From NCBI GenBank assembly GCA_013239625.1, contig MU053376.1:1698833-1762832 (forward strand): a DNA stretch of 64,000 bases, given 5' to 3'. This document shows, piece after piece, positions 63,620 through 64,000 of this stretch. Within the stretch, counting starts at the first letter, position 1. The number at the start of each line of letters is the position of its first letter. The notes beneath the pieces are model-generated. The model worked only from the letters and a program-made list of their open reading frames with translations. It ran no database searches and was not told where the DNA came from. A program made the position numbers and the translations under genes. The DNA comes from Lama guanicoe. Taxonomy: Eukaryota.

Positions 63620-64000
63620 GGATGTCGCTAAGCCTGCTTGGAGGCGCAGTCCGGGGCTTTGGCATGGCCCGCTAGGCTGGAAGCTCCAGCAAGGCCCGCG
63701 CGCCCGGGCGGTCGGACAGCGACAGGCGGCAGCGGGAGCGCAGCGGCTCGGCCCCTGCGGGTTTTATGGGCTCGCAGCCCGAGCGCAGCGGCCCCTCGGC
63801 GCGCCGGTTGGCTCCTGCGGAGGAGGGCGGAGTGACACTCACAGGCACCCAGTTGGCGAGAGGACCGAGAGGCTGGTTGGAGGAGTTGGGGTGGATGTCG
63901 GGGGAGGCTCAGGGAGGAGGGACAGAGCTGGCGGTGGACCAGGAACAGGGAGCGAGAGAAGCGGACGACTCGAGCAAGCACTCACCAGACGGTGGGACTC
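63620..64000 (-). promoter_or_regulatory. CpG-rich region at the AVPR1B 5' end/promoter
   Basis: Dense CpG and GC boxes (gggcgg at ~63706 and ~63826) just upstream of AVPR1B. Runs off the window edge. Confidence 0.7.

Noticed and set aside
1..64000. CRISPR arrays, operons, rRNA or other prokaryotic/viral systems
   Set aside because: The sequence is mammalian with spliceosomal introns. No regularly spaced repeats or long intronless foreign ORFs were seen.

Overview
Mammalian genomic DNA, most likely camelid: it carries many short tRNA-derived SINEs resembling the Camelidae vic-1 family, plus L1, L2, MIR, MLT1 and hAT fossils. Two known genes converge at the right end. RHEX (+) has 5 coding exons at 47641-51374 and an intact 170-aa ORF. 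AVPR1B (-) has 2 coding exons at 63175-58000, encodes 422 aa, and its intron appears to be GC-AG. The main discovery is a spliced gene that the ORF track does not show, lying upstream of RHEX on the + strand. Four intact, phase-compatible exons (25183-26569) encode 122 aa: a glycosylatable stalk, a transmembrane helix, and a tail with YSNV, YANV and ITIM-like VEYASI motifs. Upstream of them lie a frameshifted signal-peptide-like exon (22228-22275) and a decayed Ig V-set-like exon (23685-~24010). This looks like an immune-type Ig receptor that lost its ectodomain but kept its signalling half, and its exon architecture resembles RHEX. The window also holds a ~2.8 kb fossil hAT-Tip100 transposase and a near-identical duplication in the first 3.6 kb, which may be an assembly artefact. 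Repeat names and boundaries were assigned by eye and are approximate. No database searches were run.
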